Shown: one piece after another, positions 19,483-29,646 of the stretch
Layout of the letters: every line of letters starts with the position of its first letter
How positions within the stretch are numbered: the stretch's first letter is position 1
Assembly (NCBI GenBank): GCA_965222605.1
Contig: OZ244960.1
Location: forward strand, 4,640,001 to 4,704,000
Direction: 5' to 3'
DNA: 64,000 nt
From: Candidatus Latescibacterota bacterium
GTDB lineage: Bacteria > Latescibacterota > UBA2968
Program-made: the position numbers and the translations under genes
Notes under the pieces: generated by a model
What the model saw: only the letters and a program-made list of their open reading frames with translations
The model's database searches: none
What the model was told of the DNA's origin: nothing

Positions 19483-20489
19483 GTTCTCCTGATATTGATT
19501 CTTTTCATGATCTTTTCTGCTAACACCTTGAAGTCTCGGCGTGCGTCATTTGCGGCGGCGGCATGACTGCCAATGGCTCCGTCGGCGTTGTTGAGGTGAA
19601 AAATGGGCTTGCGCGCTTCCTGGGCCATTGGTACCAAACTTCGGTAGTGCTTGACGGTGGCAAGGGCGTGTTTTTCATCTCCTGCTGGTGTTGTGGGGTA
19701 AGGCCCTTCATTGTCGTCCAGCAGGTTTCTTGCGTATTCTTTCGGCATTTGATTAACCCACTTATCATACGCCTTCACAGGACGGTTCAGACGGACGCTG
19801 TGCTGTTGCACTACATAGCCAACGGGTTGCATGGCTCCATTCGGTAGTGGAAAGTCCGGTTGCTCCCAGTTGTCCTTTCGCTGCTTCCAGTCTTTTCTCC
19901 ACCGAGTCAAGGTTGGACCAAGATTGCGCAGGCCCTGAAGCGAAAACAGGTCGGCCCCCAGCGGAACAATGATGTAATCGGTGGCAATCAGCGCGGAGCG
20001 ATTAATCGCACCAAGATTGGGGCCGACGTCGGCCAGGATGACAGAGGCATTCATCTGCTCTGCCCCGGACTGCATGATGGTCGAAAAGGCAGTCAAAATG
20101 CGGAAGGGGCGATACAGTTCGCTAGACCCCAATGCGTTAGGCCATTCTGCTGACAGGGTGTCTTCAAATCCGGCCAGTGCCAGATCTCCTGGTATCAGAC
20201 TCAACGTAGGTGTGATTTTCGTCAGGTTTGGGTCTTTAATATCCCCAACTTTTGTCAGAGGTTGGACGCATTGCAGAATAGTACACCCGTGTTCGTCTCG
20301 GCTTTCTTCCCACAGTTTTTCCAACCGGTCTTCATCCAAGAATGCGGCAGTGAGATTAGTTTGTGGATCGAGATCGCAGGCTAGCACCCGATAACCGATA
20401 TCGGCCAGCATCCACGCCAAATGATAGACAAGGGAAGTTTTGCCGACACCGCTTTTGTTATTAAAAAAAGTTAAAACAGGAATGCTCAT
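19479..20489 (-). CDS. ParA/Soj-like ATPase (island type)
   Basis: [34 protein letters not shown]. Confidence 0.85.
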   Translation of the reverse strand: MSIPVLTFFNNKSGVGKTSLVYHLAWMLADIGYRVLACDLDPQTNLTAAFLDEDRLEKLWEESRDEHGCTILQCVQPLTKVGDIKDPNLTKITPTLSLIPGDLALAGFEDTLSAEWPNALGSSELYRPFRILTAFSTIMQSGAEQMNASVILADVGPNLGAINRSALIATDYIIVPLGADLFSLQGLRNLGPTLTRWRKDWKQRKDNWEQPDFPLPNGAMQPVGYVVQQHSVRLNRPVKAYDKWVNQMPKEYARNLLDDNEGPYPTTPAGDEKHALATVKHYRSLVPMAQEARKPIFHLNNADGAIGSHAAAANDARRDFKVLAEKIMKRINIRRT

Positions 20490-20697
20490 CGTTTTGCTTC
20501 CTTTGCCTTTACTATTACCCGTACAAAATTATTAGAAATATCAAATTCAGGCTCAGGATGTCCCGCCGCCGCTAATTGGTCTTTGGCGATTGGTATTCCT
20601 ACGCCAAAACGCTGGACAAGAATTCTTTGAACTCAACGTGGTCAGATTCACCAGTTGCGATGATTTGCAACAACTCTTCTTCTGTAAAATCTGGCAT
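20486..20697 (-). pseudogene. Internally deleted AlbA_2/Schlafen-like + HATPase-type protein
   Basis: N-term MPDFTEEELLQIIATGESDHVEFKE joined out of frame to C-term LVQRFGVGIPIAKDQLAAAGHPEPEF...KR*, whose stop overlaps the ParA ATG. Confidence 0.7.
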
Positions 20698-20731
20698 TGA
20701 ACTTGTTCCCTTCACTAACCATTACCGGCTA

Positions 20732-20757
20732 AATATCATCCCGCTTCCTTTGTTTTT
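20732..20757. repeat. 26-bp direct repeat, right copy
   Basis: Identical to 18144-18169; encodes KTKEAG* end of the TPR gene. Confidence 0.9.
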
Positions 20758-22571
20758 TCGAGGGTCTGGATTTTTTGTCGAAGGTTTCGCAATCGCTCGC
20801 GGGCTATGTCGGCTTCGAGGCTTAAGGGATAGTTGACGAGCAAGATTTCATAGATTTTTTGCGCGTCGTAATATTGTCCGAGGTATTTGTCGTAGATCGC
20901 GCCCTGTGCGATATGTGCGGCGGGAGAAAGTGGGCTCTGAGGCTGTGTGGTGATGAGTTTGCGATAGGTCTGAAGGGCTTGTGGATAGCGTTTCTGGTCG
21001 GTGTAAATTTTGGCCTGATGGTCGAGCAAGCGATCCGCGAGAAAGGATTGCGGGTGGGCGCGATGAAGGGTTTCAAAAGCGCGCAATGCCCCGTTTTGAT
21101 CTTTTTGGCGCAGCTTGAGGCAGGCACTGGCATACGCGCTGAGCAGGGTTGAATCTGCGCGCTGGCCTTCTTGTAATAGCGCAGATAGGGCGATGGCGTC
21201 GTTGATGATGTCGCGGTTGAGATGTGTTTTGAGCACGGCGTCGAGCAGGGTTTGTGCCTTGTCGAGCTGGTCCGATAGAAAATGCAATTCGGCGAGGCGA
21301 AAGCGGGCTTCGATTGCTTCGGGAGCGGTAGCTTTTTCGGCGATGATCTGGTGGTAGATGTGTCGCGTTCTATCTATGCTGTTCGCCTGTAGATGTCCTT
21401 CTGCGAGTGCAAATAGTGCCTTGTATCGCCAGGTGCTGCGCCGATGGGTCTGGATCAGGTTTTGAAATGCTTGTTGAGCACCTGCGGCGTCGTTGAGGTG
21501 GTCGCGCAAGATGATGCCAATAAGAAAACGGGCTTCGTCGGCCTCTGCGCGGTTGGGATGACGGGCGATGAGGTCGCCATAGTGGTTTTGTGCATCGGCG
21601 GGCCGGTTTGCAAGCTGATATGCTTTGCCCAGGCCCAGTTGCGCGCGTGCCAGATGGTCGGGACGGTCTGCGCGGTCACATATCGCCCGATAAGCAGTAA
21701 TAGCGGTTGGGGGATTGTCATTGTCGAGGGCATAGCTCGCAATGCGGAACAGATAATTCCAGTTATTTTTTATGAGCGCGTTGGGCGAGAGCAAAAGGTC
21801 GAGCGTTTGCGCAATAAATCCAGCGGGCAGGGCGTATTCGATGAGCAAGCTGAGATGGGTTTGATCTTTGGGCGATGAGAGCAGGTCAAAGACCTCGGCG
21901 TGCCGGTCACCATTTTGGGCAAAATCGCGCAGGCGTGCTTCAACGTGTGCGCGATACTGCGGGTTTTGCTGAATCCAGATCAGATATTCGCGCACAGCAT
22001 CGGGATAATGGGCGCGGCGTTCGGCAAGTTCGGCAAGTTCGCGGGCAAAAAGCGTTGTGTTTTTGAGTGCGGTTCTCGCGCGGCGGTAGGTTTGTACGGC
22101 GCGTTTGTCGAGGTTGCGTTTGCGATAGCGGTCGGCAATGATGGCAAAGGGATGTGTTATGGTTGCATGCTGAAGCAGGGGTTCCCAGGATGCGGCTGCG
22201 GAATCTATTTGGCCCATTTCAAAGAGGGCGATGCCCAGGCGCAGGCGCGCGTTGGCATCATTTGGAACAGACGATAGGCGTTGGCGCAATAGCGCGGCGA
22301 CTTCGGCATGCCGACCTGCCCGCGATAGTGCGGAGTTGAGGCGCATGAGAAGGTCGGCGCGATGGGGATGCTGGATGTAAAGGCCGCGGTAGATGTAGAT
22401 TGCGCTTGTGAAGTCCTTTTTGGCTTCGAGGGCTATTGCGCGCTGGATCGCGGCATTGATCTGCTCGGTAGATGCGATGGCAGTGCCCACAAATAAGAGG
22501 AGGATTGCGATATAGCAACTCCCTCGAAAAAACCAGATTTTAGTTGTCCGTTGTCTTTTTCGCATCTTCAA
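20736..22571 (-). CDS. Secreted tetratricopeptide-repeat protein
   Basis: Signal-like N-terminus, many TPR-like units (ARFLIG..., A...Y..L...YP). Confidence 0.85.
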   Translation of the reverse strand: MKMRKRQRTTKIWFFRGSCYIAILLLFVGTAIASTEQINAAIQRAIALEAKKDFTSAIYIYRGLYIQHPHRADLLMRLNSALSRAGRHAEVAALLRQRLSSVPNDANARLRLGIALFEMGQIDSAAASWEPLLQHATITHPFAIIADRYRKRNLDKRAVQTYRRARTALKNTTLFARELAELAERRAHYPDAVREYLIWIQQNPQYRAHVEARLRDFAQNGDRHAEVFDLLSSPKDQTHLSLLIEYALPAGFIAQTLDLLLSPNALIKNNWNYLFRIASYALDNDNPPTAITAYRAICDRADRPDHLARAQLGLGKAYQLANRPADAQNHYGDLIARHPNRAEADEARFLIGIILRDHLNDAAGAQQAFQNLIQTHRRSTWRYKALFALAEGHLQANSIDRTRHIYHQIIAEKATAPEAIEARFRLAELHFLSDQLDKAQTLLDAVLKTHLNRDIINDAIALSALLQEGQRADSTLLSAYASACLKLRQKDQNGALRAFETLHRAHPQSFLADRLLDHQAKIYTDQKRYPQALQTYRKLITTQPQSPLSPAAHIAQGAIYDKYLGQYYDAQKIYEILLVNYPLSLEADIARERLRNLRQKIQTLEKTKEAG

Positions 22572-25500
22572 TCAAGTTCTCAAAATACCGCCGGATGAGG
22601 GCCTGGTATTCGGGTGAGTACCCTTCTTTGAGGGCGTCGCGCATCAGATGGCGCAGGGGGTTGTCGGCTTCTCCCAAATCTGCGGGGAGCGATCCCGGTC
22701 CGCGATAGGTCAGATTTACGCCCGTGCGCGCCTGTCGTTTTTTGCTCTTTCCGCGCGATTTCATCGCTTGTTGGGCATCGAGCAGGCGGGAGAGTATCTG
22801 TCGCTGTCGCATGAGGGTTTGAGGAGCGACCTGGCGCTGGAGAAGTTCGCGTGCGGTTTCACGCATGTCGCTGGCAATTTTGCCCAGATCGCCGAGCATT
22901 TCGCGCTGTTGCCGCGCCAATTCGCCGCGCAGGGCATTGAGCGCGTCCCGGATGGCGCGCTGTTGAGCCGCGAGTTTTTGCCACGAGGGTTGGCCGCTTT
23001 GTCCCGGTTGTCCAAATAGATTTTCGGTTTGGGCATTGAGTGATCCCTGTTGTTGGGAGAGTTGGGCCATTTTTGCCATCATTTCTTCAAAGCCCGTGCC
23101 CGATTCTGATGATGCGAGTTGCCCCAGCGCGTTTTGTACCATCATGGCCGCGCGATTGATTTCTCCCATGGCTTCGCGGGCGAGTTGGGCCGCCTGGTTG
23201 GCATTGCCCGCGTTGAGTTGTTCGGCAGCGCCTTCCATTTTGTTCAGGGCCTGACCGAGGGCTGCCTGTGCGCTGGGGGGCATGAAGAAGGTTTTTTGCG
23301 AGGCGTCCATCAGGCGTTGTGCCATGCGCGATGCCCCGGTTATCGCACGCGCCTGGTCCAGCGCGAGGGGGGCGGTGTCGTCGCGGCTTCCCGCCTCATT
23401 GGCGCGTTGTGCCGTGTGTTCCTGCGCCTGGGATAAGGTGAGCAGGTCGTGCAATACGCGGTTGAGTTCTCGGGCGATTTCAGCTTTTTGTCGCTGGATA
23501 AATCGCTGGCGGGCCTGTGCGAGTCCCTGGCTCATGTTTTGCAAATCCCGGGCGAGAGAATCGCTACCTGAACGCGCGTTTTGTCGTTGCCCAAGGCCGA
23601 GGTCCTGTCTCACTTGATCCATGCGGGGGGTGAGTTGTTTGTTTTTTATTGCGATGGCGATCTGGTCGAGTTCGCCATCGGTGGGGCTGTCCATTTTTTG
23701 CGATGCCTGTTGAAGTTCTGTGTGCAATTGTTCGGTGTCTCGGGCGATTCGCATCTGGCGGCGGGCGAGTTCTTCGGTGGGGGCGCGTTCGATATTTTGC
23801 GTAATCTGATCCTGGGCATGGGCGAGTTCTTCGAGTTTTTGGTTGAGTGCGTCGAGGGTTTGTTGTTGTTGAACGCGCTGGAGTAGGGCGAGGGCGCGAT
23901 CGATGCTTTCGCGGAATTTTTCGCGCTCCATCTGAAATTGTTCGAGGGCTTCACGCACCATGTTTGGATCGGCACTTTTGATGGCTTCGTCCAATTTTTG
24001 CATGACGTCATCGAGTTCTGGCGTGCGGATTTGCGAGAGCAATGATTGCAGTTCTTCGAGTTTTTGCAGGGTGTCGTCTTCGAGCAATCCGCTTTCTTGC
24101 AGGCGGTCGAGTGCGCGGTCGAGTTGTTCGGCTGTAGATTCAATTTGTTCGGCGAGTTGTTCTTGCGTTTGACGCGCTTTTTCGAGTTCGCGTTTTTCCT
24201 GCCAATCGAGTTTGTCTTTGGAGAGCATATCGCGGGCGAGTTCTTTGAGGCGTGCGTCGAGTTCGCGCCCGCGTTGTTGCACGGCTTCGATCTCGTCGAT
24301 GCTTTCGCGCTGTGTTTTGTCTGCTTCCCGATGGATTTCAAACAGGCTGGGCATGCGAATTGTAAAGGTGGCTGTTTCCCCAAATGATGGTCTGGGATTG
24401 TTGTCATAAGCGCGGATTCTGTAGGCGACCTGATCGCCCGGTAGCAAGTTGAGATTAGACATGTTCCAGTGATAGGATGTCTCAATTTCGCGCCCGGGTG
24501 TTGTGACAATTGAAAGGATGTGGTCTGTGTCGCCATCTTTCTGGTATCTGAGTTCTAAGCGCGAGATGCCGTAGTCGTCAAAGGCTTCGACAACGAGGGA
24601 GACGCGCATTGATTCTGTGAGGTCGATGTCTTGTCCCGGGCGCAACAGGCGCACATCGGGTGGTTGATCGGGCAACGCGACGATGCGATATGCCACGGGG
24701 TCTTTGTTGGTGATCATTTGCGGATCGCGCAAGTGTACGCTATAGCGTCCATCTTTTTTTATTGTCAGGGTCGCTTGTGCAAGCGATGAAGATACTGCGG
24801 CGGGCAATTCGGTTGCGTCGTCAAATAGGAGCGCGGCCGATTCGAGGGGTTTGTTGGCTTCAATAGTCAATGAGACTTCTGTGCCGATTGGTACAATTAT
24901 ATCGCCGCCCTGTTGATCAATGCGGTCGGGCATGGCCGTATGCGGCGGAAATCGGTCGCGGTGCGAGATGCGCGTGACAATGGGGCGGGGGTGTACGGTT
25001 GCGGTGTAGGTGGGGGTTTGCGCGTCGTGGGCAGACAGGCGGTAGTCAAAGGTCCGCGTGACACTGGGAAAGTGATGAGATGCGCCCGCTTGTTTGATGG
25101 GCAAGACAAAGGAGGCCCATGTTTGTGTCTCTTTTGCGCGGATATAGAGACGCGCAGTACGGGGTATAATGCCCGCAAATTGTGCGGTGATGGCAAGGGG
25201 TTCTCCCCCGACGGTTTCAACATTGCCAGGTTGTAAAATTACGTACGTATCTGGCGGACGGGTGTATGGGGTTTGCGGGTTTGCGAGGCGTTTGGCTGCG
25301 CCGGATAAGGCCGTGGGCCATCCTGCGTGGAGCAATAGGCCCAATAGGGCGAGCACAACAACTGCGGTGGCGGTGCGAATAGGTGGCTTGCGATTGATGA
25401 GCGTTTCATAAGGGAGATGCTGTGTGGTGCGTTCTGCCTGGATAATTGCAGCATCGACGAGTGCGGTGGCGTGTTCTTCGCGGTCCCTTTGTCGCCACAA

Positions 25501-25830
25501 TTGGCGTGCGTTGATCAGGTGTTGCTGAAGGCCGCCAAAGTGTTGTTCCACGCGCAGTGCAATCTGGTCCAGACTGGGCGGTCTGATAAATGGCATGACG
25601 CAGAAGCGGGTGAGCAAGTATAAGAAGCACAGAACACACAGGCTCTCTAAAACAATTTTGAGGATTGGGCGCAGGTAGAATATCGATTCGAGGATGACGA
25701 GGATAATCCCCGCGCTGAGTATAAATACCAGCGCGAGGCCCACGCCCGTTAGCGCCCGATTCGCCGCGCTCAGTGTGCGCAGTCTTGTGAGGCGTTGGGT
25801 GAGTTTTTGATGTGCGGAGTGTGAGGTCAT
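22540..25830 (-). CDS. DUF4175-like membrane-anchored coiled-coil protein
   Basis: N-terminal TMs, DQPPDVRLLRP, AFDDYGI, long Q/E-rich coiled coil, C-term EYQALIRRYF. Confidence 0.75.
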   Translation of the reverse strand: MTSHSAHQKLTQRLTRLRTLSAANRALTGVGLALVFILSAGIILVILESIFYLRPILKIVLESLCVLCFLYLLTRFCVMPFIRPPSLDQIALRVEQHFGGLQQHLINARQLWRQRDREEHATALVDAAIIQAERTTQHLPYETLINRKPPIRTATAVVVLALLGLLLHAGWPTALSGAAKRLANPQTPYTRPPDTYVILQPGNVETVGGEPLAITAQFAGIIPRTARLYIRAKETQTWASFVLPIKQAGASHHFPSVTRTFDYRLSAHDAQTPTYTATVHPRPIVTRISHRDRFPPHTAMPDRIDQQGGDIIVPIGTEVSLTIEANKPLESAALLFDDATELPAAVSSSLAQATLTIKKDGRYSVHLRDPQMITNKDPVAYRIVALPDQPPDVRLLRPGQDIDLTESMRVSLVVEAFDDYGISRLELRYQKDGDTDHILSIVTTPGREIETSYHWNMSNLNLLPGDQVAYRIRAYDNNPRPSFGETATFTIRMPSLFEIHREADKTQRESIDEIEAVQQRGRELDARLKELARDMLSKDKLDWQEKRELEKARQTQEQLAEQIESTAEQLDRALDRLQESGLLEDDTLQKLEELQSLLSQIRTPELDDVMQKLDEAIKSADPNMVREALEQFQMEREKFRESIDRALALLQRVQQQQTLDALNQKLEELAHAQDQITQNIERAPTEELARRQMRIARDTEQLHTELQQASQKMDSPTDGELDQIAIAIKNKQLTPRMDQVRQDLGLGQRQNARSGSDSLARDLQNMSQGLAQARQRFIQRQKAEIARELNRVLHDLLTLSQAQEHTAQRANEAGSRDDTAPLALDQARAITGASRMAQRLMDASQKTFFMPPSAQAALGQALNKMEGAAEQLNAGNANQAAQLAREAMGEINRAAMMVQNALGQLASSESGTGFEEMMAKMAQLSQQQGSLNAQTENLFGQPGQSGQPSWQKLAAQQRAIRDALNALRGELARQQREMLGDLGKIASDMRETARELLQRQVAPQTLMRQRQILSRLLDAQQAMKSRGKSKKRQARTGVNLTYRGPGSLPADLGEADNPLRHLMRDALKEGYSPEYQALIRRYFENLIEDAKKTTDN

Positions 25831-25842
25831 GGGGATTAGCGG

Positions 25843-26505
25843 TCAGTGCGTCAGTGCCCAGACAATGACGTTGGTGCCCATTTTGAGGGCTTCTTGTCTT
25901 TTTTCGGGCGGGTCGTTGTGTACGTCGGGATCATCCCATCCATCGGCGATGTCGCTGCTCGTGTTGTAGAAGACGATCAGGCGGTCTTCGTGAAATAGCC
26001 CCAGCGCCTGGGGTGGGTCGCCGTCGTGTTCGTGGATTTTTGGCAAGCCGTTTGGAAAGTGAAACGGCGTCTTAAAAAGGTCAAAAGACGGGGGCAATTG
26101 GACGAGTTTTTTGTCGGGAAATGCGCGTTTGAGTTCCCGGCGAAAGGATTCGTCCAGGCCGTAGTCATCGTTGGCGAAGAGAAATCCGCCGCGTTCGAGA
26201 TAGAGGCGCAATCGCCGCAGTTCTTCTTCGGAGAATCGGATGTTGCCGTGTCCGGTGAGAAATAGCACGGGATAGGCAAAGAGGTGTTCGTCGGTGAGCG
26301 CGATCTGGGCTTCTTGTTCTGCGGTGCGGATGGGCGTGTGTTGTCTGATAAATGCGAGCAGGTTGGGGATTTCCGTTGGGCCATTGTACCAGTCGCCACC
26401 GCCGTCGTATTTGAGACGCGCGATGGTGAATGCCGCGGGCGGGTCTTGTAATTGGGCCAGGCAAGGTGCTGAGATTATCAGGAGTAAGAGAAAGAAATAG
26501 CGCAT
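25843..26505 (-). CDS. DUF4159 family secreted protein
   Basis: IARLKYDGGGDWY, FLTGHG, GGFLFANDDYG, PKIHEHDG, ALKMGTN. Confidence 0.85.
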   Translation of the reverse strand: MRYFFLLLLIISAPCLAQLQDPPAAFTIARLKYDGGGDWYNGPTEIPNLLAFIRQHTPIRTAEQEAQIALTDEHLFAYPVLFLTGHGNIRFSEEELRRLRLYLERGGFLFANDDYGLDESFRRELKRAFPDKKLVQLPPSFDLFKTPFHFPNGLPKIHEHDGDPPQALGLFHEDRLIVFYNTSSDIADGWDDPDVHNDPPEKRQEALKMGTNVIVWALTH

Positions 26506-26541
26506 GGTTTTTATGACGCGAAAAGGCGGTTTTCGGTTCCG

Positions 26542-26880
26542 TCAATGGTCTCTCACGTTGTCTATCTGCAATATGGAAGGCTCTGTGCCAAAGGTATAAG
26601 TGCAGTCGAAGTCAACTTCTGATAAACACCGCTTGTCGATTGGAAATGCCGCGCATTGTTTTGGGCGGTTTTCGTAGATGCTGCACAGGGTGTCTCCGGT
26701 GTCATTTTTGATGAGAAACGGGCATTTGAACAGGAGTTCACAGCAGTTGCCACATTGGTTGCATTCGCCCTGTCGGTTTTCTATTTGTTGCGCGACGTAG
26801 GCTTTGCGAAATCGCAGCAGCAAAAAGCGTCGCACTTTGCCGATGGCTTGTTCGCACATTTTGCCAAGGGTTTTGGGCAT
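26542..26880 (-). CDS. YkgJ-like cysteine-cluster protein
   Basis: CNQCGNCC, CPFL, CSIYENRPKQC..FP. Confidence 0.75.
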   Translation of the reverse strand: MPKTLGKMCEQAIGKVRRFLLLRFRKAYVAQQIENRQGECNQCGNCCELLFKCPFLIKNDTGDTLCSIYENRPKQCAAFPIDKRCLSEVDFDCTYTFGTEPSILQIDNVRDH

Positions 26881-26895
26881 GGGAAAGTCCTGTTG

Positions 26896-28038
26896 TTATT
26901 TTATTTGTTCGATTTCGCGCTCTGCGGCCTGTACACCGCTTTTGGTGTCGTGAACGGCGATGGTGAGGTCGCAGTGTTGGGTTTCGCCGCTGTTGAGTGT
27001 GATGACGCGCCCGGCGTCGCGTTCAGAGCTTTTGGCGTTGGGATAGTTGGTGGCGGGTTCGAGGCCCACGACATATCCATCTCGGGTTGCTGCGGTGTTT
27101 TTCCAGAGGGTAAAGTACGGCATTTGTTTGAGTGAGTAGTGGAGCGAAGATCCCAGGTTGCCTTCGGCGTTTTTGAGCAGGACAGATGTGTTGCCTTCGC
27201 GATTGCCGGCGAGTTCGTAAAAATAAACTTGTTCGATATAACCCGGGGTGGGGCCGAGGCATTGGTCGTAGGTTTTGGTGCCTTCCTCTGCGCGTGGATC
27301 GCGTGGGGAGACGGTTTTTTGCGGCGCAACAATGGACGCGCCTTCTTCGAGGAGGGGCGCGCCGTAGTTGCAGTGGTAGAGCAGTTGCATTTCAGCGGGT
27401 TTGTCGTTGAGGTTGGTGACTTGATCGGCTATGGTGAGGCTGTTGCTGCCGAATTCGGTCGATATGGCTGTGGTGAGGCGCAGGGCAGGGCCAAACATCA
27501 TGGTTTCATCGATGATGCCCAATACAGTGATGCGATGGGGCGGTGTCTGGTCGATTTGCACTTCGACATGGCGCGCGGGTATGTTGGCGATTTTGCCGTG
27601 CAGGGGGACAAAGACTTCGGCTTCGTTGCCGTTGTTGTCGATTACGATGTCGTTGCCGGGTGCGCCATTGCTGTCGAGGCCACAGCGCACAATCCATTCG
27701 TTAAAGCCTTTGAGCCATCCCAGGCCGCCCCGGTCGTTGAGTTCGATAAAGGCCGGGTTGACGAGGTCGCGCACGGGTGATTCCCAACCGAGAGGTATGC
27801 TGCGATAAGTGCCTTTCCATATTCCCATGCCGCGCGTGGGGACGATGAATACGGAGAGTGCTCCGTTGTCGATTTCAATGAGATCAACCCCGTCTTGTAA
27901 GCCGCCTTTGAGGGCGGTTTTTTGTACGCGCCAGGTGTGTTCTGTGCCAAGTGGCAGGGTGGATTCATCGACGGTCCACGATTCGGTCCAGAGTGCGCGT
28001 TCGACGTCGGTGAGAACGAAGCGATAAATGCCTTCCAT
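26896..28038 (-). CDS. Aldose 1-epimerase-like (DUF4432-type) protein
   Basis: PTRGMGI, LHGKIAN, LYHCNYG, GLEPATNYP. Confidence 0.8.
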   Translation of the reverse strand: MEGIYRFVLTDVERALWTESWTVDESTLPLGTEHTWRVQKTALKGGLQDGVDLIEIDNGALSVFIVPTRGMGIWKGTYRSIPLGWESPVRDLVNPAFIELNDRGGLGWLKGFNEWIVRCGLDSNGAPGNDIVIDNNGNEAEVFVPLHGKIANIPARHVEVQIDQTPPHRITVLGIIDETMMFGPALRLTTAISTEFGSNSLTIADQVTNLNDKPAEMQLLYHCNYGAPLLEEGASIVAPQKTVSPRDPRAEEGTKTYDQCLGPTPGYIEQVYFYELAGNREGNTSVLLKNAEGNLGSSLHYSLKQMPYFTLWKNTAATRDGYVVGLEPATNYPNAKSSERDAGRVITLNSGETQHCDLTIAVHDTKSGVQAAEREIEQIK

Positions 28039-28263
28039 GGGAATTTCCTTAGGGTCGTGGGGGCGGTACTCCGTATAAAAACACTACGGGGCAGGCTCCT
28101 TTTGTTGTGTATGATTGCCAGAATATACGGGAAAATGCGCGAGGTGAAAAGCGCAACGTAGGGGCGACGCGGCATGATGCTGCCGGGGTGGTTGCCAAAA
28201 TAGCTGTAAGAGCGTATAGTTTTATGTGATGTTAAGTAGCTTTAAGGCATTGGCGATTGTGAA

Positions 28264-29646
28264 ATGAACAAACAAACCTTTTTTTTTTGCGGTATTGGTG
28301 GCAGTGGCATGAGTGCTATTGCACAGGTGTTGTTGCATCAAGGCCATGCGGTGCGCGGGTCTGACCGCAGTTATGACCAGGGGCAGAATGCGGATTTGTA
28401 CGCGCGGTTACAGGCACTTGGGGTGGCGTTGTTTCCACAAGATGGGTCGGGCGTGGACGCAGATGTGGATGTGCTGGTGGTGTCGAGTGCGGTCGAGCCG
28501 ACGATTTTAGATGTGAAGGCGGGGCTGGATCGCGGCATTACTATTTGCAAGCGGGCTGAGGTGCTGGCGGAATTGTTTCATCGGGGGACGGGGATTGCCG
28601 TGGGGGGTACGAGTGGAAAATCGACGGTGACGGGGATGGTTGGGCATATTTTGAGCAAGACCGGACGCGATCCCACGGTGATCAATGGGGGGATGATGCG
28701 CGACGCGGTGCAGCCACCGCGATTGGGCAATGCTCTATGCGGCGATGCCGAGTTGGTCGTGATTGAGGCAGATGAGAGCGATGGGACGATTGCGCTGTAC
28801 GAGCCGACTGTGTCGGTGTTGACGAATATTTCGTTGGATCACAAGCCGATGGCGGAGTTGGAGTCGCTTTTTGGGACGTTTTGCGCGCGGGCAAGAGATG
28901 CGGCGGTGGTGAATCGTCTGTGCGAGCGGTCGATGGTGTTGACGCGGGGTTTGAAGCGTCGGGTGACTTTTGGGGTGGATTGCGAAGGGGCAGATGTGCA
29001 TGCTGCCGATGTCGCGTTGTTGCCCTATGGTGTGCGGTGTGTTGTCAATGGGCAGTCTTGCCGGTTGCGCGTGCCTGGGCGGCACAATGTTGCCAATGCA
29101 GTGGCGGCTATTGCCGCGTGTGGGGTGCTTGGGGTAAGCGCGGGGGACGGGGCAGAAGCATTGGGTGATTTTCGGGGGATTGGCCGGCGGTTGGAGGTGG
29201 TGGGCAAGGCGCAGGGGGTGACGGTGATTGATGATTTTGCACATAATCCGGATAAAATTGCCGCGAGTTTGGCTACGTTAAAGGCGCAGCCCGGTCGCGT
29301 GCTCTCGGTGTTTCAGCCGCACGGGTTTGGACCAACGCGGTTTTTGATGGATGGGCTGATTTCGGCATTTGTCAATGGGATGGATGCAGATGATCTGGTG
29401 ATTATGTCAGAGATTTTTTATGCGGGCGGGACAGCGCAAAAGGATATTTCGTCGGGGGATTTGATCGCGCAGATTGCGCGTGCTGGGCGACGGGCTGAGT
29501 ATATTGAAAGGCGTGAGGATATTGTTGTGCGTTTGGCAGAAGAGGCGCGGGATGGCGACCGGGTTGTGGTGATGGGCGCGCGGGATGATTCGCTGACGGC
29601 TTTTGCAAGAGATATATTATCTCAGATTGAGAGCAGGGCGCGATGA
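28264..29646 (+). CDS. MurC/Mpl-like Mur ligase
   Basis: GIGGSGMS, GTSGKST, EADESD, DDFAHNP, FQPH. Confidence 0.85.
   Translation: MNKQTFFFCGIGGSGMSAIAQVLLHQGHAVRGSDRSYDQGQNADLYARLQALGVALFPQDGSGVDADVDVLVVSSAVEPTILDVKAGLDRGITICKRAEVLAELFHRGTGIAVGGTSGKSTVTGMVGHILSKTGRDPTVINGGMMRDAVQPPRLGNALCGDAELVVIEADESDGTIALYEPTVSVLTNISLDHKPMAELESLFGTFCARARDAAVVNRLCERSMVLTRGLKRRVTFGVDCEGADVHAADVALLPYGVRCVVNGQSCRLRVPGRHNVANAVAAIAACGVLGVSAGDGAEALGDFRGIGRRLEVVGKAQGVTVIDDFAHNPDKIAASLATLKAQPGRVLSVFQPHGFGPTRFLMDGLISAFVNGMDADDLVIMSEIFYAGGTAQKDISSGDLIAQIARAGRRAEYIERREDIVVRLAEEARDGDRVVVMGARDDSLTAFARDILSQIESRAR

Larger units (their letters stand above)
18144..20757. mobile_element. Direct-repeat-bounded accessory islet (no integrase visible)
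   Basis: 26-bp DR, TA/ParA/pseudogene cargo, interrupts a coupled operon. Confidence 0.6.
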
